Assembly: GCA_964503265.1 (NCBI GenBank)
Contig: CAZCYO010000004.1
Coordinates: 162,157 to 226,156 of the forward strand
Length of the DNA: 64,000 nucleotides
Reading direction: 5' to 3'
Origin: an uncultured Gammaproteobacteria bacterium
GTDB lineage: Bacteria > Patescibacteriota > Microgenomatia > Levybacterales > UBA12049
The notes under the pieces were generated by a model. The model did not search any database, was not told the DNA's origin, and worked only from the letters and a program-made list of their open reading frames with translations. Each line of letters starts with the position of its first letter. The stretch's first letter is position 1. Shown one piece after another: positions 41,976-52,100 of the stretch. The position numbers and the translations under genes were made by a program.

Positions 41976-43301
41976 TTAGGATTTCCCGAGGTTATTGATG
42001 AAATCTTCGTTATTTTTGGCTTCAGTTAATTTTTCGACAAAGATTGCTGTTCTTTCATCTGGATTTAACATATCCATCATACGTCGCATTGTAACGATCT
42101 TCTTATAGTTAGCATCGGTAAGAAGTAATTCTTCTTGGCGAGTCCCTGATCTTTCGATATTGATCGCTGGATAAATCCTACGCTCTGCAAGTCGTCGATC
42201 AAGATGCAATTCCATGTTCCCTGTTCCTTTAAACTCTTCATAGACGAGATCGTCAAGTCGTGAACCTGTGTCTACAAGTGCGGTTCCGATGATGGTTAAT
42301 GATCCGCCTTCACTACAGTTACGTGCTGCGCCAAAGAATTTTTTAGCAGGCCAGAGAGCTGCTGGGTCAAATCCTCCAGTTAAGGTTCGTCCACTTGGTG
42401 CAACTGATAAATTGTACGCACGAGCAAGACGTGTAATTGAATCAAGAAGCACAATAACATCTTTTCCCATTTCGACAAGTCTTTTTGCGCGTTCAAGGGT
42501 AATTTCTGCAACTCTCGTCTGGTTTTCTGGTGGTTCATCGAAATTAGATGCGATTACTTCTCCTTTAACAGACATCGATAAATCAGTTACTTCCTCTGGT
42601 CGCTCACCGATAAGAGCAGCCATGAGATGGACTTGTGGGAAATTCTGTGTAATACCTGAAGCAATTTCTTTAAGAATAGTTGTCTTACCTGCTTTTGGTG
42701 GAGAAACGATCATTCCACGCTGCCCAAATCCGATAGGAGCAACTAAATCAATAATACGAGTCGAAAGTGGACGTTCCCCTGTCTCAAGTACTACCATTTT
42801 CTTTGGATAAATCGGAGTTAGATCATCAAACCATGGTCGTTTCATTGACTCTTCTGGTGTTAACCCATTTACTTTCTCTACTTTTAAGAGACCATAATAT
42901 CGCTCTGTGTCTTTAGGTGGACGTGCTACTCCATCGACTGCATCTCCAGGACGAAGCATAAAACGGCGAATCTGTGATTGGGAGATATAAATATCACGAG
43001 CAGATGGCAGAAATTTAGGACGTAAGAATCCGTGTCCTTCTGGTTGGAGATCTAAATATCCCATAACTTCTTCTGTTGGCTGTGAGTTAACTTGATTAAA
43101 GTATGGTTGGTTAGACCCATATCCACCTTGGTCCATACCAGAATCCATTTGCTGATCAGATTGCATCCCATTCATGGGCATAGGTGCACCCATTTGTGAC
43201 TCATCAGGCGCAGCAGAACGAGCACGAGTAGAACGTACTGGTGCTTTACTTACAAACTCAGAGACTGAGGAAGTAGATGGTGCTTTGCGGGTATATGGCA
43301 T
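41976..43301 (-). CDS. rho: transcription termination factor Rho
   Basis: Walker A PPKAGKT. Rho-characteristic block VLLDSITRLARAYN and C-terminal GGSLTIIGTALVDTGSRLDDLVYEEFKGTGNMELHLDRRLAERRIYPAINI. Confidence 0.9.
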   Translation of the reverse strand: MPYTRKAPSTSSVSEFVSKAPVRSTRARSAAPDESQMGAPMPMNGMQSDQQMDSGMDQGGYGSNQPYFNQVNSQPTEEVMGYLDLQPEGHGFLRPKFLPSARDIYISQSQIRRFMLRPGDAVDGVARPPKDTERYYGLLKVEKVNGLTPEESMKRPWFDDLTPIYPKKMVVLETGERPLSTRIIDLVAPIGFGQRGMIVSPPKAGKTTILKEIASGITQNFPQVHLMAALIGERPEEVTDLSMSVKGEVIASNFDEPPENQTRVAEITLERAKRLVEMGKDVIVLLDSITRLARAYNLSVAPSGRTLTGGFDPAALWPAKKFFGAARNCSEGGSLTIIGTALVDTGSRLDDLVYEEFKGTGNMELHLDRRLAERRIYPAINIERSGTRQEELLLTDANYKKIVTMRRMMDMLNPDERTAIFVEKLTEAKNNEDFINNLGKS

Positions 43302-43499
43302 AGAAGTTAGATCAAAATTAAATTGTAAAAGTCAAAAAAATTTGTTTTTTGGATATCCTTTCTAAAATAGAAACGTAAGGTTACAAACCTGGGAAAACGT
43401 ATGGTTAGAAGCTCGTCAATAACCGTAATTGTTGACATTACACCATATTTCGCCTTATTTGTCAATAAGCAATCCCTAGACAAAGCGCTACTCTTGAGC

Positions 43500-43529
43500 T
43501 TGACAAGGTCCTATAGGTATTGATATACT
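43500..43529 (+). promoter_or_regulatory. conserved promoter module cTTGACAAggtcctataggtattgaTATACT (-35/18 nt/-10)
   Basis: One of at least seven copies of the same about 32-nt module (43500, 47628, 48903, 50132, 56620, 57520, weaker 57821). Confidence 0.6.
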
Positions 43530-43554
43530 CACACCTCTAGCGAGGTAATTTCAA

Positions 43555-44295
43555 ATGGCAAATCTCAAATTTCAAATAGTATTATTACTTATTACTAGCT
43601 ACTTACTACTAGCTTCCACTCCTGTGGCACTTGCAGCAACTACTCCAACGCCTACCTGCAAACCACTCTTTGGAGGTGGCATCTATAATTGTAATGGAAG
43701 TAAACTCACCGTTGATAAAACTGTTCAGGACGTTCAATCAGGCTCATTTGTCCAAAATCTCGGTGTTAACGATGCTCACTACTCTCCAGAAAGCACAGTC
43801 GCATTTAGAATCGTCGTTAAAAACCCAAGCTCAGATACCATAAAAAATATTACGGTAAAAGATACGTTACCACAATACGTTACCTATGCTACTGGAGACG
43901 GTAAGTACGATAGTGCGACAAAAAGCCTAACTATCACACTCGCATCTCTACCTGGTGGCAAAACCCAAACATACGATATAAAAGCAAAAGTTGCAAACAT
44001 TAAAGATCTTCCCCAGGACCAAGCTGTGATGTGTTTAACAAACCAAGTAATCGTTAAAAATGCAGATCAAACGATTTCTGATAACGCACAATTCTGTATT
44101 CAACGACAAGCGACAGTCGGTAACACGACACAGACTACACAAAACACCAGTAAGGGCGGCCAAGTCGTTTATCCTGTAACCGTTAACCAAACAGTCAAAA
44201 AAACGCCACCAACTGGACCTGAAGCACTTGCCTTAATCGCCCTCGCACCTGCAGGATTATTCGGCGCATTCCTCAGACGAAAAGCTGGAAAATAG
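43555..44295 (+). CDS. secreted DUF11/CARDB-like surface protein with C-terminal sorting-signal-like tail (PPTGPE + hydrophobic segment + RRK)
   Basis: Signal peptide. ITVKDTLPQYVTYATGDG repeat-domain motif. C-terminus KTPPTGPEALALIALAPAGLFGAFLRRKAGK. Paralog at 56657..57349. Confidence 0.65.
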   Translation: MANLKFQIVLLLITSYLLLASTPVALAATTPTPTCKPLFGGGIYNCNGSKLTVDKTVQDVQSGSFVQNLGVNDAHYSPESTVAFRIVVKNPSSDTIKNITVKDTLPQYVTYATGDGKYDSATKSLTITLASLPGGKTQTYDIKAKVANIKDLPQDQAVMCLTNQVIVKNADQTISDNAQFCIQRQATVGNTTQTTQNTSKGGQVVYPVTVNQTVKKTPPTGPEALALIALAPAGLFGAFLRRKAGK

Positions 44296-44508
44296 GTAAC
44301 GATTTATCAACTCTTCTCTAATCCCCCTCCTATATCGTATAATCCCTTCACTCTTATGATCTCTTTGTCACACATGCGATAAAAAAGAACTGAGAGTATT
44401 CGTTCTTTAACAGTGTACAGAGAGACAATTTCAAGGATCACACGTTGTAATGAAGTGTTTCATCACAATGTGTGGTTCTTGACTTTATTTCAGTCAAAGG
44501 AGGTAGAC

Positions 44509-45021
44509 ATGATCTGGCGATTTTCACTGGTAGCATTACTACTAGCGGCACTTTCAGGGTGTGGTAACCCTACCCCGACAGCACAACCGCCGACTGTAGC
44601 AATCACACCGACTATCCTCGCGTCGTCGCCAATCCCGACATTCACTCCGACTCGAGTGCTGCCATCCCAGATCCCCACGTTCACACCGACTGTGATGAGG
44701 ATCAGCGAGCCTTACTGCGTCGAAAACGTCCCGAATACAACCCAGTATGAGGCGACAGCTCAGGAAGTTAAGATCTCCATTACCATCAGCAACTGCGGCG
44801 TAAATCCTTGGGAAAACACACGAGCGATTCGTGTCAGTGGCACAACAGTCTTTCCCACCCCTCTGGATACTATTCCGTTCACAAAATCTGGAGAACAACG
44901 CCGGTTAACACTGCGAGGAAAGAAACCCAAAGTTGGCTTCTATGAGGCCACTTACACTATCTCTGGTCCGTTGGGGACTTCTCAAAGCTTCTTCACCGTG
45001 AACTTTGAGATTAAACCCTAG
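44509..45021 (+). CDS. small lipoprotein with Pro/Thr-rich linker
   Basis: AAGGAGG 7 nt upstream of the ATG at 44509. Lipobox LLAALSGC. Noticeably higher G+C than neighbours. Confidence 0.5.
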   Translation: MIWRFSLVALLLAALSGCGNPTPTAQPPTVAITPTILASSPIPTFTPTRVLPSQIPTFTPTVMRISEPYCVENVPNTTQYEATAQEVKISITISNCGVNPWENTRAIRVSGTTVFPTPLDTIPFTKSGEQRRLTLRGKKPKVGFYEATYTISGPLGTSQSFFTVNFEIKP

Positions 45022-45084
45022 GTTCAAATGAACTGATGTAGGAGGAGATAGAAAGTATGCTAAGGCATGCTTCTGAGAGCAGGG

Positions 45085-47373
45085 CTATTTGGCTCTATCT
45101 TGATCGCCTTGCGGCGGCCCAGGTCTTTGTTCTCTCTGTACACTATCTTCCCTATCCCTATCTGCTTGCTCTTCTCTATCCCTCTCAGGTGTCGCTCGAT
45201 CAAGTGTCGTCATTACCTTTGTATAGCGTTCTTTCGAAAGTCGTTTTACTTTATCCATATTCTGTGACTTAGATCTCGGAAGAGGTAGTGTATAGCAATG
45301 GAATGGTGACTGGGTAATACCATCAATATATAATTTAATAATTGCTTGATAATTTCCAAGTGCAAGTAAATCCTCAGGTTTAAACCGCTCTGAATATTCT
45401 TTTCCTAAATACTGCGCATCATCTGCGCCTACTAAAAATGTCATTAATGTGCCTGCATTTCCGAAAATAGCTGCTCGAACATCTTCTGGGATTTGGGCGA
45501 TATACTGATTCGCTAAGATCAAACAGAGACGGAATTTTCGTGCCTCAGACAGAATTTTAATGAACGACGTCGTAGCAAAGTTTTGAAACTCGTCCACATA
45601 CAAAAAGAAGTCTCGTCGCTGTTCCTCAGGAATTGACACGCGGTTCATCGCGGCCAGCTGTACTTTCGTGATGATCATGGCTCCAAGTAGCGCTGCATTA
45701 TCCTCTCCGAGGTACCCCTGAGACAGATTAAGAATAAGAATCTTTCCTTCATTCATCACTTTCTCAATATCAATACTCGACTTTGGATGCCCGATGATGT
45801 TTCGAATTCTGGTACTACTCGTGAACTGTCCGACTTTATTCTGAATTGGTGAAATAGCCTCAACACGGAGTTTATCTGTCATCTTTTCAAATTCATTTAC
45901 CCAGAAACTATGGAGAACTGGATCTTTCAGTCGTTCAATTACTTTCGCACGAAATGTCGGATTTCCAAGCATTTCAGGGACCATAAGAAGTGTGGGATTT
46001 GGCATCTCAAGGACCGATACGATCGTGTTACGGAAAATATACTCTAAGCGTGGACCCCACGAATCACCATATAACTTCTTAAAAATCGCGATAATACCTG
46101 ATGCGACGAGTTCTTTCTGGGATTCATCAGTAATCTCAAGTGGATTTAAGGCAAATGAGCGCTCATTATCGGCTGGATCCATGTAGACGACATCATTTAC
46201 TCGGTATGACGGAATGTACTGGAGAATATGCTCGCATAAATCACCGTGTGGATCGATGACACACAGTCCTTCCCCATTTCGAATGTCTGAGATCGCCATA
46301 TTTGCGATAAACGTAGACTTCCCAGTTCCTGATTTTCCGATGACATAAACGTGGCGGCGACGATCAGTTCGTTTGATGCCAAAGACTGATTGTTTATTTT
46401 TATATTCAGTTCTCGCAAAAAAATTAACATCTTTTTTCTCTTCTTCAGTCATTGACTCGGCCACGGGCAAGTTTTCCGGCGCTTGAGAGAGAATCGTTTT
46501 GTGCCAGGAAATGTTCGGGATCGTCGATAGCTTCATGGTCGGGAAATGAAACAGTGTGGCTAATTCCTGGACATTGAAGACATGAATATTCGTCATAATA
46601 CTTTTCTTACGATGAAGCATTTCATTCACAAAACGAGTTTTCTCCCATGGAAGCACTTTTCGAATCACTAACCCATTTCCTGAAGGATGATTAAACGATG
46701 AGAAACTCGTCCCTACTTCATATAGATAGTGGGCTGAGCGTTCCTTCGTCTCAGCATTTACTGCGACACGAATGGATACTCCAAATCCAGCTGACGCTGC
46801 TTTTTGGGTGATTATTGCCGCATATGGATTGGCAACTGCTGCACCACTGCCGTCAGTATGTTTGGCTGAAGCTGTCGAATTCGCTGCTTTTTGCCAAGAC
46901 TGAGAAATGGGAACGAGTAAAAATTGAACTGAAACTGTATCTCCCATCTGGCTTTTCGCGAGTATCCCAAGCACTGATGAGAGTGGATCCACTTCTTTAA
47001 ACTCACTAAAGTAGCGAATCGGATAGACATAACTATGCGTCGTTTTAAGCCACGCTGTCGAGAGTGTGTCCTTTTTCGCAAACATTTCAGGCAAGTAATC
47101 TGGGACTTTCGCAAGCATAGCTTTTGTATATTGGGAGATAAGTTGGCTTTCGATAAATGATTGGTAGGCAGTCGGCACAGAAACGTAGAAATGGATAATT
47201 TGCTCTGATACTGCTATTTCAAGCGTTAGTGGAATTCCTTTTTTCCATAACAAATAAAAGCGGTGACGCATGTTCGTCAAACTCGCTAAAAATTGCACCA
47301 TGGATTCAGGCGTTTCCTCACCAGTACGAGATGTTTTAATCTCAAGCAGAACTCGATCAGTTGGAGTAGGCAT
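45085..47373 (-). CDS. TraD/VirD4-like P-loop ATPase (type IV coupling-protein / DNA-transfer family) with acidic Arg/Asp/Glu-rich C-terminal tail
   Basis: Walker A VIGKSGTGKST. Downstream blocks YVDEFQNF (Walker B-like) and LILANQYIAQIPEDVRAAIFGNAGT typical of TrwB/TraD/VirD4-type ATPases. A HerA/FtsK-like ATPase cannot be excluded. Confidence 0.5.
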   Translation of the reverse strand: MPTPTDRVLLEIKTSRTGEETPESMVQFLASLTNMRHRFYLLWKKGIPLTLEIAVSEQIIHFYVSVPTAYQSFIESQLISQYTKAMLAKVPDYLPEMFAKKDTLSTAWLKTTHSYVYPIRYFSEFKEVDPLSSVLGILAKSQMGDTVSVQFLLVPISQSWQKAANSTASAKHTDGSGAAVANPYAAIITQKAASAGFGVSIRVAVNAETKERSAHYLYEVGTSFSSFNHPSGNGLVIRKVLPWEKTRFVNEMLHRKKSIMTNIHVFNVQELATLFHFPTMKLSTIPNISWHKTILSQAPENLPVAESMTEEEKKDVNFFARTEYKNKQSVFGIKRTDRRRHVYVIGKSGTGKSTFIANMAISDIRNGEGLCVIDPHGDLCEHILQYIPSYRVNDVVYMDPADNERSFALNPLEITDESQKELVASGIIAIFKKLYGDSWGPRLEYIFRNTIVSVLEMPNPTLLMVPEMLGNPTFRAKVIERLKDPVLHSFWVNEFEKMTDKLRVEAISPIQNKVGQFTSSTRIRNIIGHPKSSIDIEKVMNEGKILILNLSQGYLGEDNAALLGAMIITKVQLAAMNRVSIPEEQRRDFFLYVDEFQNFATTSFIKILSEARKFRLCLILANQYIAQIPEDVRAAIFGNAGTLMTFLVGADDAQYLGKEYSERFKPEDLLALGNYQAIIKLYIDGITQSPFHCYTLPLPRSKSQNMDKVKRLSKERYTKVMTTLDRATPERDREEQADRDREDSVQREQRPGPPQGDQDRAK

Positions 47374-47627
47374 ACAATATAATTTACAATTCCTAATTTC
47401 TAATTTCTAATCAATACAAGACACAGTAAACAGCTACAGGTAAATCATTTGAGTTTGATTAAAAATTTTACATGTTAAATTATAAATTCTGTCTTTATTC
47501 TACTCTACTCCCCATTATTTGACAAACGTTTGGCCAATTGAAAACAACCAACCAGGTAATCCCCCTCTTGCATTTTTGATTTATATAGTATAAACATAAT
47601 ATACATTACCAGGTTTATCTGATGAGC

Positions 47628-47655
47628 TTGACAAAGTCCTATAATATGCTATACT
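47628..47655 (+). promoter_or_regulatory. conserved promoter module copy (TTGACA-16-TATACT) driving the leader that contains element A and the SLH gene
   Basis: gcTTGACAaagtcctataatatgcTATACT. Confidence 0.55.
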
Positions 47656-47710
47656 CTGCTGACGTACGCTAAATCATTCTCTCCTCGTGAGGGATTTTTT
47701 TATCGCTACT

Positions 47711-47825
47711 GCACATTAACCCTCCTACGCTTAAAGCTACGGAAGGGTGAACATGCTAAAGTACCATTTTGCTAATAAGAAAGGGCTTGCCCTCTCGAAG
47801 CTTTAGCGAAGTGGGGCACATTAAC
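47711..47825 (+). repeat. element A of the gcacattRac-bounded repeat family (about 96-nt body between 10-nt direct repeats), in the 5' leader of the SLH gene
   Basis: gcacattaac at 47711..47720 and again at 47816..47825. Body is ccctcctacgc-[gcttaaagc hairpin]-tacggaagggt...gggcttgccctctcgaagctttagcgaagtgggg. Confidence 0.6.
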
Positions 47826-48034
47826 AAGAGAGAGTGTATTTTAGAAAAGAATAGTTTTCTAGGTACTACCTGCAGTGTTTCGAATCCACTTCGAGATAGC
47901 GCTGGTGGTGCCTGGAAAGGAGCTAGCAAAGAAAGGAGGAAACATTAGATACGACAAGTCGTCGCATCTTATTCCCTGCTTTCCACGCGCCACTAACTAA
48001 CGTCGTTACTGTATAAATTCGGAGGCGCCAAATT

Positions 48035-48667
48035 ATGTTTCGCCGATTCGCACCCCTAGCGCTCGCGTTGATCCTCACCCTGGGTACTGTTACATCCGCA
48101 CTCGCGGGTGGCTTATACCCGGACGTGTCGGACAACGACAGCCGCATAGTGGCGATCCAGTGGATCACCTCTATGGGAGCCATGACTGGTTACACCGACA
48201 AGCGGTTTGGCGTTAATGACAACGTCACCCGCGGGGAGATGGCAAAAATCCTCGGGGTTATCCTCGGCGTTCAGCCCCAAATCGGGGCTACGTGCTTCAA
48301 CGATATGGGATCCTACGATCCTACGCTGCGAGCGTACGCCTGTAAGCTGGCCCAAATGGGCCTACTGAAAGGCTATGCCGACGGCCGATTCGGGCCAAAC
48401 GATCCAATCTCGCTAACGCAGATGATATCACTCATCGTGAGGGCGAAAGTCGCCTCTGGCGACTGGGTAGCCGTCACGACGGATGATCCCTCGATCTACC
48501 CGAACGTAACGACCATGAGTACCAGGCTCGAGATACTGACGTATCTCGAGCATCAGATTCAGGTGCCCAAGTCGCCCAATGTCCACGGGAATCTGAATGG
48601 AGCGTACGCACCGGTGACTCGCGGCGATGCCGCTTGGTACTTAATGCTTAGCTTCTACAAGACGTAA
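48035..48667 (+). CDS. secreted protein with S-layer-homology (SLH) domains; first gene of the high-GC mosaic region
   Basis: Signal peptide ALALILTLGTVTSALA. SLH-like segments GYTDKRFGVNDNVTRGEMAKIL and GYADGRFGPNDPISLTQMISLIVRA. G+C far above the window background. Confidence 0.6.
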   Translation: MFRRFAPLALALILTLGTVTSALAGGLYPDVSDNDSRIVAIQWITSMGAMTGYTDKRFGVNDNVTRGEMAKILGVILGVQPQIGATCFNDMGSYDPTLRAYACKLAQMGLLKGYADGRFGPNDPISLTQMISLIVRAKVASGDWVAVTTDDPSIYPNVTTMSTRLEILTYLEHQIQVPKSPNVHGNLNGAYAPVTRGDAAWYLMLSFYKT

Positions 48668-48678
48668 GTTCACGGCTA

Positions 48679-48722
48679 GTCCGCCACATAGTGGGGCCTA
48701 CCGGCTCTACTGTGTGGCGGAC
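48679..48722 (+). terminator. long terminator-like hairpin after the SLH gene
   Basis: gtccgccacatagtgg / ctactgtgtggcggac forms a roughly 15-bp stem 12 nt after the stop codon, followed by a C/T-rich tract. Confidence 0.5.
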
Positions 48723-48902
48723 AACGCCACTTTCTTCTCTAAATACAGATTTTTAATACCTTTCTATGAACGAGTAATAATTGCATTACTCCCTTCAAAC
48801 AAAAACTAAATAAAATCGAGTTACTCCTCTCTCTTGTTATAATTTTCCTCATTTGACATCACTTCTCCTCTTTTCTATGCTTATTCTAGGTAGTATTTTC
48901 TT

Positions 48903-48932
48903 CTTGACAAAGTCTTATAGGAGATACTATAC
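48903..48932 (+). promoter_or_regulatory. conserved promoter module copy (TTGACA-18-TATACT)
   Basis: tcTTGACAaagtcttataggagatacTATACT. Confidence 0.55.
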
Positions 48933-49024
48933 TGCCGCTACGTTTTATTATCACTGAATATCTTCATTGCTTGATATATCCGTGACATAAAACAGCATCG
49001 TTACCACCAGCTCAAGCTAAATAA

Positions 49025-49093
49025 GGTTTACCCCTAACGTAGCTTTAGCCCCGATTGAATCGGGGTTAGCGAAGTGGGGCTCTTTAACAAGGC
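49025..49093 (+). repeat. element B, a 3'-half copy of the same family carrying an inserted 16-nt palindrome
   Basis: ggtttacccctaacgtagctttagc[cccgattgaatcggggttagc]gaagtggggctctttaacaaggc. Compare the 3' half of C. Confidence 0.5.
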
Positions 49094-50131
49094 ACACAGA
49101 TTGATATTTTTTGTTTTCGAGAGGAAAACGAGAAAAGGATGACATATTCCCCGTCAGCTAGTAGCTTACAAAGTTGTGTAAATTACTAGCTGATTTGTGG
49201 GAGTATACGATTTGGCGTGATCGTCTACGATCCCAGATCAGTAGAGACTGTCCCCAGCCTCTTCTCCATCCATCCTTCCTCCTCATTTCCTCCTCTATCC
49301 GGGAAGCAGGGAACCCAACCCTGCTTCCCCCCCCTTCTCTTTTGAGAAGATTTACGGCTTAGGAGGTGCCACACTCCGAAAGCTTCAAAAGTAATTTCAT
49401 TACTTTTCCAAGTGTATAAAGGCACTTGTTATTCATATCTGGCTTCTTGCTAGATATGGTGTGTGGGCAGGTGGTTCCCGACACCTGCCCCACTCTTTTC
49501 TGCCATCTTCTTCTCGCCCCGGCGTGGTTTTTACCAAAGCCGGGACGAGATTATACATACTGAGGACCTTCTCATCACTCTATCCATTAGACTCGCACCG
49601 CGGGTCAGGATGGCGGGTTACGACCCGTTACGATGAGAAGTCCTCAGAAGGCCCGGATTCGTCCGAACGATCCCCGGGGGAGTTTTTTCCCCGGAGATTA
49701 GCCTGTTTCAGCTTTCGGAGACAATATCGTCACCGGAGCTGGACTTGTATCTAGCAGGAACTTCTCGCATCACGAGAAACGCACCGGCATAGTAGCCGGT
49801 ACTTTCTCACGTGAGTGAGACCTGCACCTATCTGACGTCGTCAGGAATCCTGGGGTCGGCCTTCTGGCCGACCCCACAATCTCTTACGAGAAGCGAAAGA
49901 AAAAAACGATCTATCATCTGTGTGCCTTACTTTTTTATAACCCCACGCTTCAATTACCGCCTATTTCCCGAATTACGGCCATTATTTGGTACGTTTTCCC
50001 CGACTCGGAGATTTTCATCATAGTCGGTCAGCTATAGCTTTTCTTCTGGTATTCCGTAACGCTCCCCGCCTCGATCATCTTTACTATATAGAAATTTACT
50101 CGTCTCACCACAAGAGCAGAAACCGGACGAC

Positions 50132-50160
50132 TTGACAAAACTATAGGACTGTGATATGCT
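50132..50160 (+). promoter_or_regulatory. conserved promoter module copy (TTGACA-17-TATGCT)
   Basis: cTTGACAaaactataggactgtgaTATGCT. Confidence 0.45.
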
Positions 50161-50464
50161 TCATTTCTAGTTGTGGTTTGGGATATGTGTTGGAGTATCA
50201 GATAACCCTCACGACTTTATAACAGTAAAACGCCCAACATATATCCCCCGACCGTAACAGGCGGGTTTTTTTGTACCTTTTTGCATTTGCGCAGAAAGAA
50301 AACAAATAACTCGGAGCACTTTAACAAGGCAACGGATAAAAAATTAATTGATACTTCTTTACTAAAAGGAGTTCCTGATGCGTACTGTCCACAATATGAT
50401 GGTGCGCGCCAGGAGCTCCTGAATGTGAGGGAGCTAGACAGAAAACTCTTGAAAGGAGTTACTC

Positions 50465-50704
50465 GTGAAAAACATACTCTCAGTTCTCCACTTCATCGCT
50501 GCATTTCTTGCGGTGATCGCAGTGTCGGGAACAATATTCCTCATACTCTTTGGTATTCATGTAGAAGTCCATATTGTCTGCTTTACCGCAGGAATATCAG
50601 GGCTATTCGCTTTCACGATCACGCTTCTCTATGTAGTGTTCGCACTGCCATCTGGAAACCTGGTGTCATCGGAAGTTCCGACCGCGCCTGATAACTCCCG
50701 GTAG
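50465..50704 (+). CDS. small two-TM membrane protein (high-GC)
   Basis: GAAAGGAG upstream. A GTG at about 50462 may be the true start. Two hydrophobic helices. Confidence 0.35.
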   Translation: MKNILSVLHFIAAFLAVIAVSGTIFLILFGIHVEVHIVCFTAGISGLFAFTITLLYVVFALPSGNLVSSEVPTAPDNSR

Positions 50705-50733
50705 TTAGAGCCGCACAGAAAGGATAGAGACAC

Positions 50734-51195
50734 ATGCCACATCCAACATCGAGGCCAACAAGCAGGTTCGCGCTCGTCGCGAGCGTGTTTGCCTTAGTCG
50801 CGAGTATCTCAGTCTTCATCTTTTCCTTCAACGCTAACACAGCCGCGAAGGAGGAATATAACCGCGTCGCAGCACATGCCACGGAGGTCTCCTCTCGGCT
50901 GTTTGAAAACCGCATTAGCGGTAATCTGACTAAGGGGGTGCTCCTCCAGTACTGTGCTATCAGCTGTGATAGCGCCGACTTTACGGAGATCACAGTAGAT
51001 GGCTTCACCGTCGTCAAGTACACGCCTCCCTTTCGGGGAGCATGTGCGCAGATCAGGCGAAGCGGATACATTATCACAGCGCCCTCAATTTCGGTTGAGA
51101 GTCGAGATATGTATCCCCTCAATGAACCACAAATCGCTTACTGCGGGACGTGGTTCTTCGGAGCCAAATTTCCGGAACAGCCAGTACGCAAGTAG
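50734..51195 (+). CDS. membrane-anchored Cys-containing extracytoplasmic protein (high-GC)
   Basis: RBS AAAGGA. N-terminal TM ALVASVFALVASISVFIF. Confidence 0.4.
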   Translation: MPHPTSRPTSRFALVASVFALVASISVFIFSFNANTAAKEEYNRVAAHATEVSSRLFENRISGNLTKGVLLQYCAISCDSADFTEITVDGFTVVKYTPPFRGACAQIRRSGYIITAPSISVESRDMYPLNEPQIAYCGTWFFGAKFPEQPVRK

Positions 51196-51273
51196 CGATA
51201 CTGCTGTTTTCACCCTCTCTAGAGACCCGCGTGGGGGATCTACCGACACACTATCTCTATTCTAGGAGGTCAC

Positions 51274-51483
51274 ATGCAACCATCCGCACAACAAAAACCT
51301 ACTCCCGCAGTGACTGCGGGTAGGATCGCCGAGACGGCGATCCAGACCTGCGCCATACATGGCATTCAAATGCAACCCATAAGGGGTTGGTGGAATGCCA
51401 CTAAGCGTGAGTATGTCAGCGGTGATGTGTGCCCGGAGTGCGAGAAGAGCGAAGGCATCTACACGCCAAAGCTCGTCCAGTAA
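51274..51483 (+). CDS. small Cys-containing protein (possible zinc ribbon, CAIHG...CPEC)
   Basis: RBS TAGGAGG 5 nt before ATG; high-GC. Confidence 0.35.
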   Translation: MQPSAQQKPTPAVTAGRIAETAIQTCAIHGIQMQPIRGWWNATKREYVSGDVCPECEKSEGIYTPKLVQ

Positions 51484-52100
51484 CCCTCAGGAGGCAACAT
51501 GCTATTTCTTGCACTGACGACAGACCCAGAGTATATCCCGATTGATTCGGGAGAAACTCTCGTGTACGCCCTTGGTGTCCTCTTGGTTTGCTGGCTCTTT
51601 TACGAGATCGGCCACTACCGCCGTTAGCATACGGTGGGATGAAGGCTCGTTCTGGTTAACATATCCGTTGCCTTCATCTCTTATTAGTACAATACTGTAA
51701 CGATAAGAGATGAAGTTTTTATGAGAAATAGCTATGATTTCTTCTTCAATTGCGAAGAATGGAAGACTAGTTATTTCATTGCACATTTACAAGGCAACCT
51801 TATACGTATAACTAACTCTCTTCAGATACAAAAAGAGGGCTCATATATGCCGCTTTTACTGTTCTCGGGAAACCAGCAGTACTCCAAAAGCGGCAGGTAT
51901 GAGTCCTCAGAAATGGTCTGGGGAAAAGAAGAAAGGATACCTTCGTGTTCGTGCCGTTTGACCTGATTTCATCGAACTCAGGCACGGATTCTCAAGTGTA
52001 TCTCCTCGTGCTCGCTGCACTAGGAGCATATCTGACAATCGAAGACATCATTCGGAATTGGCGCAAGTAGCGCTAAGAAGACATCTCTACAAGGAGGCAC

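Noticed and set aside
49174-50023. Three short ORFs (62, 97 and 70 aa) as protein-coding genes
   Set aside because: They are in different frames with Ser/Arg/Pro-rich nonsense sequences. The region is better explained as structured RNA or a pseudogene.
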